Assembly: GCF_006345805.1 (NCBI RefSeq)
Contig: NC_043002.1
Coordinates: 51,026,001 to 51,090,000 of the forward strand
Direction of reading: 5' to 3'
DNA length: 64,000 nt
DNA from: Octopus sinensis
Taxonomy: Eukaryota
Below the pieces are notes generated by a model. That model worked only from the letters and a program-made list of their open reading frames with translations, was not told where the DNA came from and did not search any database. Position 1 is the first letter of the stretch, and each line of letters opens with the position of its first letter. The position numbers and the translations under genes are program-made. Shown piece after piece: positions 39,085 through 54,198 of the stretch.

Positions 39085-40420
39085 AGTTGAAGACTGGTGT
39101 AATTCTCGAGCGATGTAACTTCCACCTCATGCGATTCATCGCAGTTAGGATAAGTAAAAAATTTTGGCTTCAATGGAAAACTGCTAAAATTAAATCCTTG
39201 CAAAAGCTTCCGACAGAGACAGCCCTTGCTATCTGGCAACTGTTTCAACTGAAAACCGTTTCGGTCACATTTTCAGATGCGCGATCAAAAGCCATGTCCA
39301 ATGACATCTATTCTGTAATTATAATAAGCTATCTAAATAGTTTTCAATCACCTGCATAGTCCGTTAAGAGTGTCTTCTTGTTGGTCTTGAATCTGGAAAC
39401 ACTGCTGCAGAAGATGGAGGTGTAGAGCGAGATCCCGCTCTAACTGTGAGGCAGGAATTAGATCTAGAAAAGGGCTAAGGAGTAGAGATGACGAATACCC
39501 TAACCTCCTCTATTATATCATTTCCTGACTACTGCCCATTGCACCAGTTGTCATGTGAGTGTGCTTTTGCTCTAGGAGAAGTGACTCGTTCCTCTGAATA
39601 AGCTGTCTATATACTGTCAATACTATCTACATAGCAGACTCGGTATCCTGTGGCTCAAAATACTCAGCATTAGATAAAGCTAAAGCTTCAGTGAAAGCTG
39701 CTTTAGGATAGCAAATATGCTCTTTGTTACTCAAGTACTATTCTCTATAGCAAAGTGCAACGTTAAGTGTTTAGCATCTCAAATATCTTGAAGTACTTGA
39801 AGCCCTCTGTTGTTGAGCCGTGCAGCCAGTTGTAGAAGATTAGTTGTAGACGGGAGTGGGGATATTTGGAAGAGAGTCCTGGAAATACAGAACTGAGATA
39901 TCTCTTTCAGGTGGCTTTGAACGCGTGATAACAGAAAACATAAGGATGCACCTGTATAGCAGTGCTACTGGTGATAAGGTGGTATTATTGTATTGGGATA
40001 GAATCTGCAGGCGTAGTACTATAGTCAGCCGTATCTGCCTATAATGCACACAAGGTATTGAAACCGTTGTGCATGCGCTCACTCAGTGTCCGAGCATTGC
40101 TAACAAGTTCATTTAGGTCCAATAGTGTTGCTACATATAGAATCGATCCGGCTATCGATCCGGTCCATCGCTGCTTTCTTTCGATCGGAAAGGAGAGGTT
40201 GTTTTCCAGTGACTGGCATTCGAAGAAACTCAGAAATACGCAATGAAGTAGACACCAAGGAAATGATTAAAAGCGGGCTCTTTTATTATCGACCAATCTT
40301 TCATGCAATTCTTTCGAGTACAGCTTGAAATGAGAAGTGATTATATGGTTATGAAGGGTGAAAGAGGATGGTGTGTATCGCCAACTAACACGAATGCAAG
40401 AGGGCACATACAAATGGTAG
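39085..40420 (+). mobile_element. Decayed L1/Tx1-type LINE ORF2 C-terminal region
   Basis: Reading through TAA at 40042-44 gives RICL*CTQGIETVVHALTQCP, a CxxC..ETxxHxxxxC zinc knuckle (zf-RVT-like). Boundaries approximate. Confidence 0.6.
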
Positions 40421-40614
40421 AGTCAGTAATCCGGTATCTGTAGTGTTCTTAAATTAGGTATTAATTCAGGTATTAACTCTAAATTTGTTTCTTTCTGTTT
40501 ATGTGGTGGGTTTTCAAGCCTGCTTCGTTCGTACTCTATTATAAAATATCTCTGATTCCTCATTTACGTTTTCTTACAACTTCCACTGTTGCCCGTGCTG
40601 CGGAACGAAGAAAA

Positions 40615-40646
<32 letters not shown>

Positions 40647-40811
40647 TTCTTCTTCTTCTTCTTCTTCTTCTTCTTCTTCTTCTTCTTCTTCTTCTTCTTC
40701 TTCTTCTTCTTCTTCTCCTCCTCCTCCCTCTCATTATTATTATTATTGTTATTATTATTGTCATCATCATTGTTATTATTATTATTATTATTGTTGTTGT
40801 TGTTGTTGTTG

Positions 40812-40848
<37 letters not shown>

Positions 40849-41196
40849 CATCAGCATTTATAATGATATTACTATTACATTTCTTGTCTCTGTTTTTATT
40901 AATTTTACCATAAATATTTCAATATAAATTAACACGAAATAAAAAAGCTAGGGAAATACAAGTTGACATTTTGAAGAAATACACAGGGCAACACAAAGAC
41001 ACATACACACAATCACATACACACACATACACACATACACACATACATATATATATATATATATTATGATATAACTTTATATATAAATGCATTTAAGAAC
41101 ATATGTGTATAACATGTATATATAAATATATGTGTGTGCGTATGTGTGTGTGTCTGTAGGTGCACGTGTGGAAAGACACAAATACTTGTGCTTATA

Positions 41197-41265
<69 letters not shown>

Positions 41266-41426
41266 AATACATATATTTGACGACTCGAGTATACATAAAA
41301 AAATACGTACAAAATTATACAATGCAAGCAAAAAAATTTATTTCAATTATGTTTTATAGATATTCAATATTTTTTACTGTGCTTCTAAATGGAAATTGAT
41401 AGACACCGTATAAAAATACACAAGTA

Positions 41427-41495
<69 letters not shown>

Positions 41496-41999
41496 ACACA
41501 TACATATATAAGTTTTTCACAGAATCTTTTTCTGTCTATCTCTTACTCTCTCCCTTTTTCTCTTTCCATCTCACTGTCTCTCTTTCTCTTTCTCTCTCCC
41601 TCTCTCTCTCTCCCCTTTCATGCCCTCTATCAAACAAGCCTGCACTTAATCTTTATCTCTGTATATTTACGTGTACATGTCTGTAAGTATGTACAGTTAT
41701 GAATCAACATCTATGCGTATCTGTGTGCGTACTTGTATATCTAGATACCAATCTTTATGTGAGTATGCGTTTGTATATGTGTGTGTATGTTTGTATGCGT
41801 TGGTGTATGTGTGTGTGTGTGTGTATCTTTGTATGCGTTCTTTATTGTCCAAATTTTATATTGTATATGATCATACATATATGTACATATATACAAACAT
41901 GGATACATACCTATAGGTGCCCTGCATAGATATACGCACACATGTATGTGCGTTTATATAGACACGTAATTATTTTGAATAAAACCTTACAAGTGTAAT

Positions 42000-42034
<35 letters not shown>

Positions 42035-42972
42035 ATATATATACATACATATACATACATACATATGTATATATATATATATATATATATACACACTTAC
42101 ATGCATACATACATACATACATACATACACACACATATATATGAATGTGTGTATAATTATATATATAGGCATCATGTATGTATCATGTATATATCATACA
42201 TATTTATATTTCTATACCTTATGTGCCTTATATTTATGTTTTAAAAAATAGCGTGTGTTCGCGCGAAAGTGTTTTTACGCTCATTTTTAAATCGAATATA
42301 TTCCTGTTAAGAACGAAGCAGCAAACATGATGATATTTATATTGTATTTTATATTATTATTGGAAATTTCTTCAAACTCTTTCTATCTTCTGCTTTTCTT
42401 ATTTGCAAAACCTTAATGCCCAATTATTATCAATCTATCTCTCCACCTCCCCATCTAACTATTTATTTACCGATGCACCTATCCATCTCTCTATTCATAT
42501 CTATATACGTAATTGGCTATGTAACTATTTATGCAAGATTTTGTCTTAAACACATTCATACATACATACACATACACATATGTAAACGTTGTTGGATACG
42601 AATACATACATAAGCATACGCACGAGTACGCGCCTATGCACAAAGCCTACCCAACTCATTGAATATTATTGTATCTGTGATTGAGTTTATATAGACACCT
42701 GTACTCTTAATTAAACTCTCAGTCGATACTCTCTGCATGTCAATGTGACAAAGCTGGACTTTAAAATTATGAGGATAGTCAACTAACGCGATTCTACTCT
42801 GTGACTACGCAAATTCACTCACAAATCATCGCTTGGTCTGTCGCTGAATATCTGCGTGTGTATGTGCTTGTGTATGTGTGTGTGTGTATGTGTGTGTATG
42901 CGTTTGCGGTGGGGGAGTGCGAATACGGGATCACGTGATTGCAACGTGAAATTATTAACTACTGTATTCTTT

Positions 42973-43365
42973 TTACTTCTTTCTGTCATTTGACAAGCGG
43001 CCATGCTGGAGCACCGCCTTCAGTTGAGGAAATCGACCCCAGGATTTATTCTTTGTAAACCTAGTACTTATTCTGTTGGCCTCTTTTGCCGAGCCGCGAA
43101 GTTACAGGGACGTAAATACACCAGCATCAGTTGTCAAAGGATGTTGGTGGGGCACAAACACAGACACACAAACTTCGGCAGATGTTGTCTACTATAGCCT
43201 CGGGCTGACCAAAGCCTTGTGAGTAGATTTGGTAAACAGAAACTCAAAGCTCATCGTATATGTATATATAGTGGAAGACACTTGCCCAAGGTGCCACACG
43301 GTGGAATCGAACCCGGAACCATATGGTTGTTAAGCAAGCCACTTACCACACAGCCACTCCTGCAC
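42973..43365. mobile_element. SINE family B (CORE-like) pieces with an internal inversion
   Basis: GCGGCCATGCTGGAGCACCGCC tail and CACTTGCCCAAGGTGCCAC..GAACCCGGAACC head in minus orientation; middle 43185-43260 in plus orientation. Confidence 0.75.
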
Positions 43366-44015
43366 CTATATATATAAATTAATGAAAAATGTATGGTAAA
43401 TATACGTATACTGAGAGTACAACCGGATGGGAGACAAACAGAGAAGGCTCCTAATTCTTCATCAGTTTTCTACCAATTGGTAATACTCAGTTTCGCACCA
43501 TTAATGATAAGTTTGAATGCTTCCCAAAATGGCGGTTCCCGCAAAAATTGCTTGCGGAGAATTCAGGGCCGAGAGCAAATATAACAAAGCAAAACAACAC
43601 CGAATGTGATTTAGGTCGGTGGACAAGGACAAACAGAGGAGCAAAATACGGTCTTAGGGCCAAGAAGCCAAGAATAGTGGGTAATACTTAGAAAATATCT
43701 TAAAGAATAGAGAACGGAGAAAAAGGTGGCCAGCTACGGGACTAGTTTGAGAAAGGAGAAATCGCCACGGGTCACGTGTCAGCAGCAGGCAGAGGAGAAA
43801 GACAGCAAGAGAGAAGGAAAGAGAGCGACAGAGAGAAAAAAACGGGAACGGATGAAGGGAGGGAAAAAAAAGAAAGGCGAAAGGCTAGCAATACATAAAG
43901 GTGGGAGAGAAAAGGAAAAAGTAGAAAGGCTACAATAGAAGTGAGAGGTTGAGAAAAGGAGAAAGTAGAAAGGCTAAAATAGAAGTGAGAGGATGAGAGA
44001 AAGAAAAAGGGAAAG

Positions 44016-44055
<40 letters not shown>

Positions 44056-44150
44056 CACCGGTATATAAAAACTTACTTGTTAATACAAATTCGGTGTACG
44101 AATACATGAGAATAAATGAGAAAATATATGTTAATACATTTTTTCATTAA

Positions 44151-44413
44151 GGCTACAAGCTGGCAGAAACGTTAACACGCTAGGCGAGTGTGCTCTTTAT
44201 TGAATTCTGGACTGGAAAAATATCACTTTTGCTCCACGACAATGCACGTCCTCACACTGTCTTTATGTCTTGAGTTCAAATTCCGCTGAGGTCGACTTTG
44301 CCTTTCAGCTTTTCGGGGTCGATAAATTAAGTACCAGTTGCGTACTGAGTTCGATCTAATCGACTGGCCCCTCCCCAAAAATGTCGGGCCTTGTGCCTGG
44401 AGTAGCAAAGAAT
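44151..44413 (+). mobile_element. SINE family A with internal insertion
   Basis: Head at 44151, unrelated ~60-70 bp, then near-consensus core and tail. Confidence 0.85.
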
Positions 44414-44466
44414 ACCTTGTTTTCATTCATTAAGTGAAGGCACGCAATACACACCGAATTTGTGTT

Positions 44467-44581
<115 letters not shown>

Positions 44582-44657
44582 AGAGTTTACAAGACGAAGA
44601 CAGGTGGTGTACAAAACAAACAGATGTATTAGGATAACGCTCAGGAATAGAAAAAGT

Positions 44658-44693
44658 CTTTTACGGTTCGAGCCTACGCTCTTCTACAGAAAG
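44658..44693 (-). ncRNA. Degenerate minimal hammerhead-like motif
   Basis: CTTT-CTGTAGA-A-GAGC GTAG GCTC-GAAC-CGTA-AAAG. Stems I and II pair; core has substitutions. Confidence 0.45.
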
Positions 44694-45217
44694 GGACACA
44701 GGAAACAAGGAGAGAAAAAAATGTGTGTAGTGGCTAATAAACACTTACCAATTGAGGAGATAATCATTAAAAATGATTATACCTGTCGCTAGCGCATAAA
44801 AAAAACACCATATCGATAAAATTAATTTTTAACTATATAGAAGTAGATGTCAAATATCTATAAGCCACTCTATTTTTTTAACAAAAGCCTGAATAATGCG
44901 AGGGTATGGACAATAAGATTTATGAGATTTTGGATAACTCTATATCGTAATATTTCGTGCTCTCTGATAATTGCCTCCCACTCTTCAGTAGAAGTACATC
45001 AACAATATATAAGCGAAAAATACATGTTCATACCGATAAATTTCTGCGTACAGATACCAATATATACATGAAATTCCCGCGTATACATTATATCTAAACG
45101 CCTAACTCAGCCATGAGCTTATTTCTTCAGGGTGGAGAGATAGGAATCTAACCAAATCTTAGATTCTTATCTTTCCACTCTGAAGTAGGAGCTTCGATGT
45201 TTTAATTCGTAATTTAA

Positions 45218-45610
<393 letters not shown>

Positions 45611-47654
45611 TATCGTATTTTCATCCAAGATGTAGATAAGCACCAACGTTCCCATATGGTAAGCCCGATAATCGTTGAAAAATCCTCTCTATATGAAACC
45701 CTTGATAGCCTTGTTAACTCATAAATAAAGTCTGTGTGTGCGTGTATATATGTGTGTGTGCGCATGTGTGCATGTGCATCATTTTACACTTGCCCATTTT
45801 TAGTTTCCCCTTACGTGTTTTTGAGTTCAAATCTTGCCCCGACTGCTTTTTGGTCTCTCCTCCATTTGTGAATCCAAAAGTCATTCAGGAACTATCTCGG
45901 TTTTCCTGGAACTTTGGTTCCAAATCCTCTCCGAATTACTGCTTTTTCTGAATCAGGTGTGGTTACCTATATCAAAAAGCCTTCAAATTAAACTAATTAT
46001 AAGATTTATTTTTTAAAAAATAACTAAATGAAATACTGGTACCTGCACATGAATGATACAAGTATATTAATGTTGTAATAAATAAGGTGCTGGTGTGTGT
46101 AATTTACCAGTAATTTAGCTTAGCGGTCACGGGAATTTGAAGTACCTGCACCTGGTCACCAATTTCCGGACAGTCTGTGTTGTACCTGTAATACAAATGT
46201 ACTGGAGATGACATCAGTATGAGAATTGTTTTACTTCTTCCATCATGGCCACACTGAAGTTATGTTGTATATGTTCACGCTTCATGGGATCGGTAGGGAA
46301 GCAGGGTTTCTTGCTATATATATTTATGTATTGTATAGTGTCGCTATACAAGAATTTCCGAAGCGGCTTTCTGCACTCTTTCAAGACGATTATGTGGAAA
46401 GGATCCACCGACAATTTGACATCGCAGATTTCAGGATTTGTAAAAATATTAGTTATCAATAATTGAAACTCTCACTTGATGTAAAGAGTAAACTCCAAGT
46501 GACTCAAATCAACCACCCGGTTTGGATTTTTGGTTGATGCAAGTTCATTGCACTTAGTTTGCTAATACTCATGTGAAGATAATTTCATGGGAAACGGTGA
46601 GATATGAGTATTGTCGTTTCTCGTAGAACCTTAATCTATATTGCTTTTGCGTCTGACCTACAATGAAACGATGACGTAAATAAAATTGTCCTGAATAGAA
46701 TATTTTGTGGTTAATATTGACATAATATTTAAAAATATTATAAACTTTCACAAGACATAGCAATTTGTTCAATAGAATGGTAACAAATCACAGAAAATAA
46801 CAAATTCAAGGTATTATAGGCATTGATGTTGCTTAAGAAGTTTGCTTTGTAACCATGTAGTTTACAGCTCTGTCCATATATTGCTCAGTTATGTGAAAGA
46901 GACCGATAAACTAAGTACCAAAATTTAAAAGTGAGTACTGGGATCAGTTTGTTCGTCAAAATCCTTCAAGGTGGCACAGCATAATAGCAGTCCAATGATT
47001 AAAAACAAAAACAAGATAAACAAAGTGTTAATAATATTTCAATAATTCATTAGAAAATATTGAAATTATAGCTAACTAAAACAGCCATTACCCCGCTAAA
47101 AATTACATTGTGCTATATTACTACTTAGTTGAATATATCTCCTACGACGGTTTGTTTATAAACATACCAGACCAATGTATTATTAGATGATGGAAAAAGT
47201 GAGAGAAGGTAGAGTTTCATAATTTTATATGTGATTGCGAGGAACATAAACGAAGAGAAGCAATTTCATTGTATAACGATACTACCGTGAGACTGCCAGC
47301 ACTTATAACCTCAACGCCCCAAAAAAAAACATGGGCGGCTCCAAAATTTTGTAATGCAAGCGGCGCCCTGAAATATTAAAATCTATTGTGCTTAAGACAT
47401 AAAACTATGTATGTGTTGGTAATTGCAGGCAAATAACGAGAAAGTTTCAATACCAATATTAAGACTAACATACAGTCCTCATTTACACTCAAATCTATGA
47501 GGTTTTAACTGCGTATGGAACGAGACAGTGTAATGCTTGACCTAGCTCTTAAAATGTCTGCCTGTCACATTCTGTCTGTCAATAAATTCCTTCAACCAGC
47601 TGTCATTCAATGCCATTCCCTCTGTTGCTCTCCATTGCTGTATACATCTATCTA

Positions 47655-47694
<40 letters not shown>

Positions 47695-47712
47695 TCTATC
47701 TGTTTGTTTGTC

Positions 47713-47766
<54 letters not shown>

Positions 47767-47829
47767 TGAAAGGAGATAAATTCTACCATATATGTAGAAT
47801 GAAATTATGTAAGAGCTTCTTGTTTTTTG

Positions 47830-49030
47830 GTTTTGGAGCAAGACAAATAAGTCTTGCAAACTGCTTACCCTGGAGCGACCAACAAATTTGACCATGAGAA
47901 AAGCAAGCCAGTAGATTTCAAAGACTGACCTTCAGCTTTATTAATAGACATTGCAAAACAAAGTTGCCCAGGAAATTGTGTTCGTTTGAACTCAAAGGGC
48001 ATGTCTGTTGGTTTGATTAGAATTCTTGGAACGGATACTTCTTCCCCAGTGATGATGGTAGCTTCTGTTACATTAGGCGATAATGGGTTCACAATCAACC
48101 TTGTCCTATTGCATAGTTTAGGAGGATCTAAATTTCTTAGAAGCATTATTGAGACTAATGCCTTCAGATAAAGTTTATGTCGATGAATTCCAGGTGGCTT
48201 AAGAGAATTTAAGAACTCAGTCCTTGATGAAAATCAAGGATTGAATCAACTGATTTGCACTACTTAATGACTGTTGGAATCGTATTCATTAATTCATGGT
48301 TAATTCTTGCTACTGTCTCATTTTTTGGAGTAAGAATTGGTCTTAGTCTGGCAATACTCTGCTCTTCAGTTCAGCTGCGGAATGCCCTATGATAGCAATA
48401 TGAGCGAAACTAATATCGCCATTCCCATCAAATGGTACTTTCCCATTTCTTAATAGGAAGAGCCAGGTTGAAAATTGTTTTGCACATTGGTCTCCATTTA
48501 ATAAAAGTTTGCACTTTAGTATTGAAGGAGAATTTCAGTATTTTTATTCCACAGGTGTGAAGACTTAATGCATGCTTTTATTTCATCAGATCTTGTTCAT
48601 CTCAGAATGACTGGTAATGTCTGTCTGAAGTCTCCTAGTAAAACTAATGTATCTCCTCCCATAGATTTATTGTTGCCTCTGATGTCCTGTAAGGTCTTAC
48701 CAAGAGCTTCCATTGCATGCCTATGTGGCATGGTGCACTCATCCCAAATGATAAGGTGGTATTGGCACAACACTTATGCTGAACTTGAATCTTTGGTTTT
48801 ATTACAAATTAGACTGTCACTTGTGACCAGGTTTAGAGGTAATTTAAAAGCAGAATGAGCTGTTTGTCCTCCCGGGAGAATGGTGGCAGGAAAGCTAGAC
48901 AATGGTACAGCAACGACAATTTCTTTAGTTGCCTTACATTGGAGAGAAGCAATATTACAAGTGTTTTACCTGTGTTACCAGGAGCATGAAGAAAGAAAAT
49001 TCCTTTGCATTTTTCTGACGTTTGTCGAAC
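47830..49030 (-). mobile_element. Helitron PIF1-type helicase remnant
   Basis: IFFLHAPGNTGKT (Walker A), PGGQTAHSAFKLP, IIWDECTM (Walker B), MLLRNLDPPKLCNRTRLIV, PFEFKRTQFP..CFAMSINKAEGQSL, FSHGQ. Frameshifted. Confidence 0.92.
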
Positions 49031-49673
49031 ACCGCACGTACGCGCGCGCACACACACACACACCACACACAACACACACACACACCACAACCACACACCA
49101 CACACACAAACAGATACATATACATACAGTATCAAACATCAGATGAAATAGACGTGTGAGAGAGAAAGAGTGAGTGAAGGTGTATATTGTCATGTATACG
49201 TACATACATAAATAAATAGGCATACATCGTTCTTGTATGTATGTGTGTGTGTTAGAGAGAGAGAGAGAGAGAATGCCCCTTAGACATCCCCCTCTTTCTC
49301 TCGCCCTCTCTCTCTCTCTCTCTCTCTCTTACACACACATACATACGAAAAAGATGTATGCATATGTATTTATGTATGTACGAATACATGACAACACACC
49401 CCATTCACTCATCCCACTCGCACAGACACACACACCATACATAAATGTATAGAAATATACATGCAAAAAACACTTGTGCGAGTGTGACTGACAACATATA
49501 CATAGAGCTGAACACGGCATGAAAAAGAAACAAAATAAAAAAAGATTTACGTAAATTAACGAAGTGTGAGAGTTCCAGCAAAATAATGCCCATATTTTTG
49601 GGGTGCTGCATGTTGAATTGCAAGATTTTAACGTGATATTTGTGTAATAAAGAAATCAGACCTGGAGTGTGTG

Positions 49674-49748
<75 letters not shown>

Positions 49749-51304
49749 ACATTGCAAACAATGAATGAGAAGAACATGGAATGAAAAAAATCGTACTAAT
49801 AAATGCTCGTTGAAAACTATCTTGTACCGAATACATAAATTTGTGAATTTAGTAAATATTTCTTTCAGTAATTTATCATAGTTGTTTACAAATAGGGAAT
49901 AAAAACTTGAAATGAACCCATCAAAATTAGACAGGGACAGACTTCACCGTTTTTATATCAATACCCGAAGTTGACATTGAGAAACCTTTCTAAAGAAAGT
50001 GAATCTAATCTAGTATTATTCCAAGGTAGAAAATTTTATTTAAAAATATTTCATTTTTCTGAAAGTTATTATCATCAAAATTTTGTTCAGAAATCTAGTT
50101 ATGTCGACGAATTTGACACTTTCCTTCTACGTGTGGTTATATATGTATACAAAAATATACGAGTGCAGAAGATAGTAAACAATGAAAATAACTTGGTAAC
50201 GGAAATTGTGTTACTTCATAAGACGGGCAGAAAGTAAATAAGAAATTTTAACGGAAAATAAAGTATTGTACGGGTTGAAGCGAAATCTATCAGTCAGTGA
50301 ACCAAAGAGCCAGTATCAAAGGAACCAGAAAGAAACCGTCAACAACAGAAAAACACAAGACCGTATGGATTGAACTGAAATTTATGAAGATACTTCTGTC
50401 AGTAAATTATGAAATTGCTTACATCAGTAATTGTGAACTTCTTTCTGTCAATAATTTGTCGTTGTTTGTTTGTAAATAGCGATTCAAAACTTCGACTTAC
50501 CAGGAAAACAATAACATGGAAGTTAAACAATGGCGTATGAAAATTGAAAGTGAAAACAAGAGATATAGATAGAGAAATATGTTGCAGAGAGATAGAGATA
50601 GATAGAGATAGATAGAGCGAGATGGATAGAGAAATATACATAAAGAAATATGTCACTGACGCTTGAAAACCGGAAGTAAATATTTTCAAATTTTTCAAAG
50701 ACGTGAATGTAATATATAAAGCAATATTTTTTATTTTTAATAATTTTTAATTAAAAAAATCAAATAACGACCCTATTATAAGTCCGAGGTCAAATTATTC
50801 ATGCATCTCTATTTGTGTCTTTCCTGAAAGTGTTGCTCTGCAACAATTTAAACGGAGCATTTATGACAAGCTCTCTGACCTCGCAAGGAATGCAAAGGTT
50901 ATGAGTAATTCAACTTCCTCCGAATACAAAATGCAAACAAAAGATGTATTGATAGCCAGGCATTTTTACCCCGTAGGTAAGTACGAAAGTTCACAAACAA
51001 CATGCGTGTGTGGAGATATGAGTGTAAGTTCTTGTGTTAGTGACAGATTTATATTACAGTGAATTGCAATCCGGCAAAAAATTTAATTAAAGTGTCATAT
51101 TGTCTTAATGCCTTATTAACTAACACACTCACTGGTTCAATTTCCTCTCATTTATTATTTATATTTATTCTTCCAAAATGTTCGTTGCTTCCGCAACCTT
51201 ATCAATTGATGTGTTAGATAATAAAATATTAATAATATATGACTCTCTCCAGACAACGAAATTTGCTTCAGCACACTAATTCCCATAAAGAAACTTGCTA
51301 ACAA

Positions 51305-51348
51305 GATATAACTCGGAGTTTCTGGTTTCTGTTCCTCGGTCAGGTGCA
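51305..51348 (-). ncRNA. Degenerate hammerhead-like motif
   Basis: CTGAC(C)GA-GG AACAGAAA CC-A-GAAAC-TCCGA-GTT. Stem I is poor. Confidence 0.35.
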
Positions 51349-51485
51349 GAGTAAGAATAAGAAACGCTTTTAGAACCATCTCGCTCTCTCTCCCTCTCTC
51401 TCCTTTGCGTTCTTGTTCCATTTGGTATTATATACATACATACATACATATTATATAATAATATATATATATATATATATATATA

Positions 51486-51858
51486 TCTATATAAACGGCA
51501 GTTTGTCTGTGCGTTTTCTGTGTGTCTGTTTTCTCGTACCCTCACTCTGACCACGGCTTTCAACCGATTCTGATGAAACTTGACACACACATAGCCCAAT
51601 GTCATAATTCAAAACTAACGCAGCGAAAATTTTGAAAAGTTCCCCAGTTCTGAAAAAAATCGATAATTCGACATGGGGTCGAGAATCAGAAACTCAAACC
51701 ACAGACCGTCTAGGGGACGCAACTCCACCTTTTTTAACTCTCAAAAAAATTTACCATCATTTTTTTTTCCATTTTTTTGCTATTTTTGGCTATAACTCTC
51801 TAAAAATGCTTTATAGTTATTTCCCTTACAACCTGAGCAACGCCGGCGATACTGCTAG
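51486..51858 (+). mobile_element. Complete non-autonomous Helitron (373 bp)
   Basis: A|TC 5' end; subterminal hairpin CCTGAGCAACGCCGG; CTAG|T 3' end; sits in a (TA)n tract. Confidence 0.85.
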
Positions 51859-51922
51859 TATATATATATATATATATGATATGATATATACATATATGAT
51901 ATAATATATACATATATCATGT

Positions 51923-51985
51923 TATATGATATTTTATATGAATAATATAAAGTCTATTGACATTTTTTTTGCGCTAGGACACTGG

Positions 51986-52020
<35 letters not shown>

Positions 52021-52123
52021 TAATTATTAGGGTAATAAGAATTATAGAAATTTTTATTACCAGTGGCCTAGCGCAAAAAAAATTAGTCAATAGACTATAT
52101 ATTATTCATATAAAATATCATAT
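51923..52123. repeat. ~70-bp inverted repeat pair around a TA-rich spacer
   Basis: ATATGATATTTTATATGAATAATATAAAGTCTATTGAC..GCGCTAGG.CACTGGTAATA is mirrored at ~52055-52123. Confidence 0.85.
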
Positions 52124-52148
52124 ATATCATATATGTACACGATATTAT

Positions 52149-52180
<32 letters not shown>

Positions 52181-53011
52181 ATATATATACCTATCTCTCT
52201 ATTTATCTATCTATCATGCAAGCTCGTTAAATAACTTTCCCTGTGGTTTTCTTTCTATAGGTATATGAACTCCCCTATATGTGTATGGAGATTAGGAGAG
52301 GATTCTGCAAATTCTCCCTGAATGATCCACGTAGAGCCTTTGTTTATAGTGATAAAATAGTTGTGATGTACATTAACACATTCACTCCATCAGATCGAGA
52401 TTACCTGTACAGGAGTACGACGAATCACACGTCAGATGTCAAAGTGATCACAGAACAAAAGGAAATGAAGTGTTTTGCTCAAGAACACAACGTACTGCTC
52501 AGTCTGGGAATCGAAACTATCATATTTCAATCGCGAGTGCAACACCTCAACTACTAGGAGACCTGCCTTCACTAACTACGTTGGTATGTGCGTACACACA
52601 CGTATGTATATATGTTTGTATGTTTGTATGTATGTATGTATGCATGTATGTATGTATGCATGCATGTATGTATGTATGTATGTATGTATGTATGTATGTA
52701 TGTATGTATGTATGCATGCATGCATGCATGCATGTATGTATGTATGTATGTATGTATGTATGTATGTATGTATGTATGTATGTATGTATGTATGTATGTA
52801 TGCAAAAACGTAAGTATTCACATGCATGCGGGAGGTTCTATAATAAATATATGCAATATATAATAAATACATGAATATTATACATTATTACTATGTACTT
52901 ATATTTAAAATGTATTTTATTACTAGATATATATTTCAAAAATCCAAATAACACATAATAGAATTCAACTTCGCTTATATGTTATTTGCAAAGCGCAGAT
53001 GTATAGTATAC

Positions 53012-53055
<44 letters not shown>

Positions 53056-53611
53056 ACAGAAGCACAAACACATACACACACACACACACCACACACACCA
53101 CACACACATACACACAGACATTCTCAGTCATATATAATGTCCTTTTTCGTAGTATACTAATCTAATCTAAAAACATAAACACATTTACGCAAAATCTGAT
53201 TTATAATCCTTACATATTTGGAAACTACAGTCATTTTACAATTGTGGATATTGTTCAAAGACATTATCAATAGGTTTGAACTCAAGACGTTAGTGCTTAC
53301 CCAATGCTCTTTGAATGCAAAAATTACACACACATAGACATGTATCTACACATATACATGTATCTACACATATACATGCATACGCACATACACCCACGCA
53401 CACAGACACACACATATATATGCTTATATCTATAACTTATACGTATATATCTATCTATATATTTCGTTTTTGGATTTGGTTTGCAAGATTCTTTATATGA
53501 GTTCGTGTGTTGAAGCATATTCTGTTGTGTCTGAGGAGAGTCATTCTTTCTTTTTCTTCTGCCTCACTCACCCGTAAAATTTCCACTTTTTTTCTTAATT
53601 TTATTTTACTA

Positions 53612-53667
<56 letters not shown>

Positions 53668-54148
53668 ATATATTATATATATATATTTATACCCACACAA
53701 CAACAACACACACACATATATACATAACGGTCTCTACTGTAGCTAGACAACGGCAGAGGGTTCCACAATTTATTGATGACCAACCACACAGATGATATGA
53801 TTTGTTTATAGTGATTAGATGTTTATATTAAAATAAACTTACTCAAGAACAAAGCTCACCTTCCGGTCTGGGAATCGTATTTCCTATCTTTCAATTATGA
53901 ACGCAAAACTTTTACCACTAGGCCATGTAACTCCACGTTGTGTAGATATATGTATGTATATGTGTGTACGTGTGTGAATGAGAGAGTGTGTGTGCGTGTG
54001 TGTGTGTGTGAATGTATATGTATATTTATATTCACATATATATTGGGTGATGTTACATAAACCCAAGAACACACAGCGACAGGTTTATAGCCATACTTAT
54101 AATTCTCTAATCATAAATATCCATATACTGCTATATATTCCTATATAT

Positions 54149-54198
<50 letters not shown>

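Noticed and set aside
47830-49030. Host PIF1 helicase gene
   Set aside because: Intronless, frameshifted and with Helitron-type motif wording; treated as a transposon remnant.
50297-50420. MNQRASIK...KTVW, faint mariner N-terminus similarity
   Set aside because: No TIR or further motifs found.
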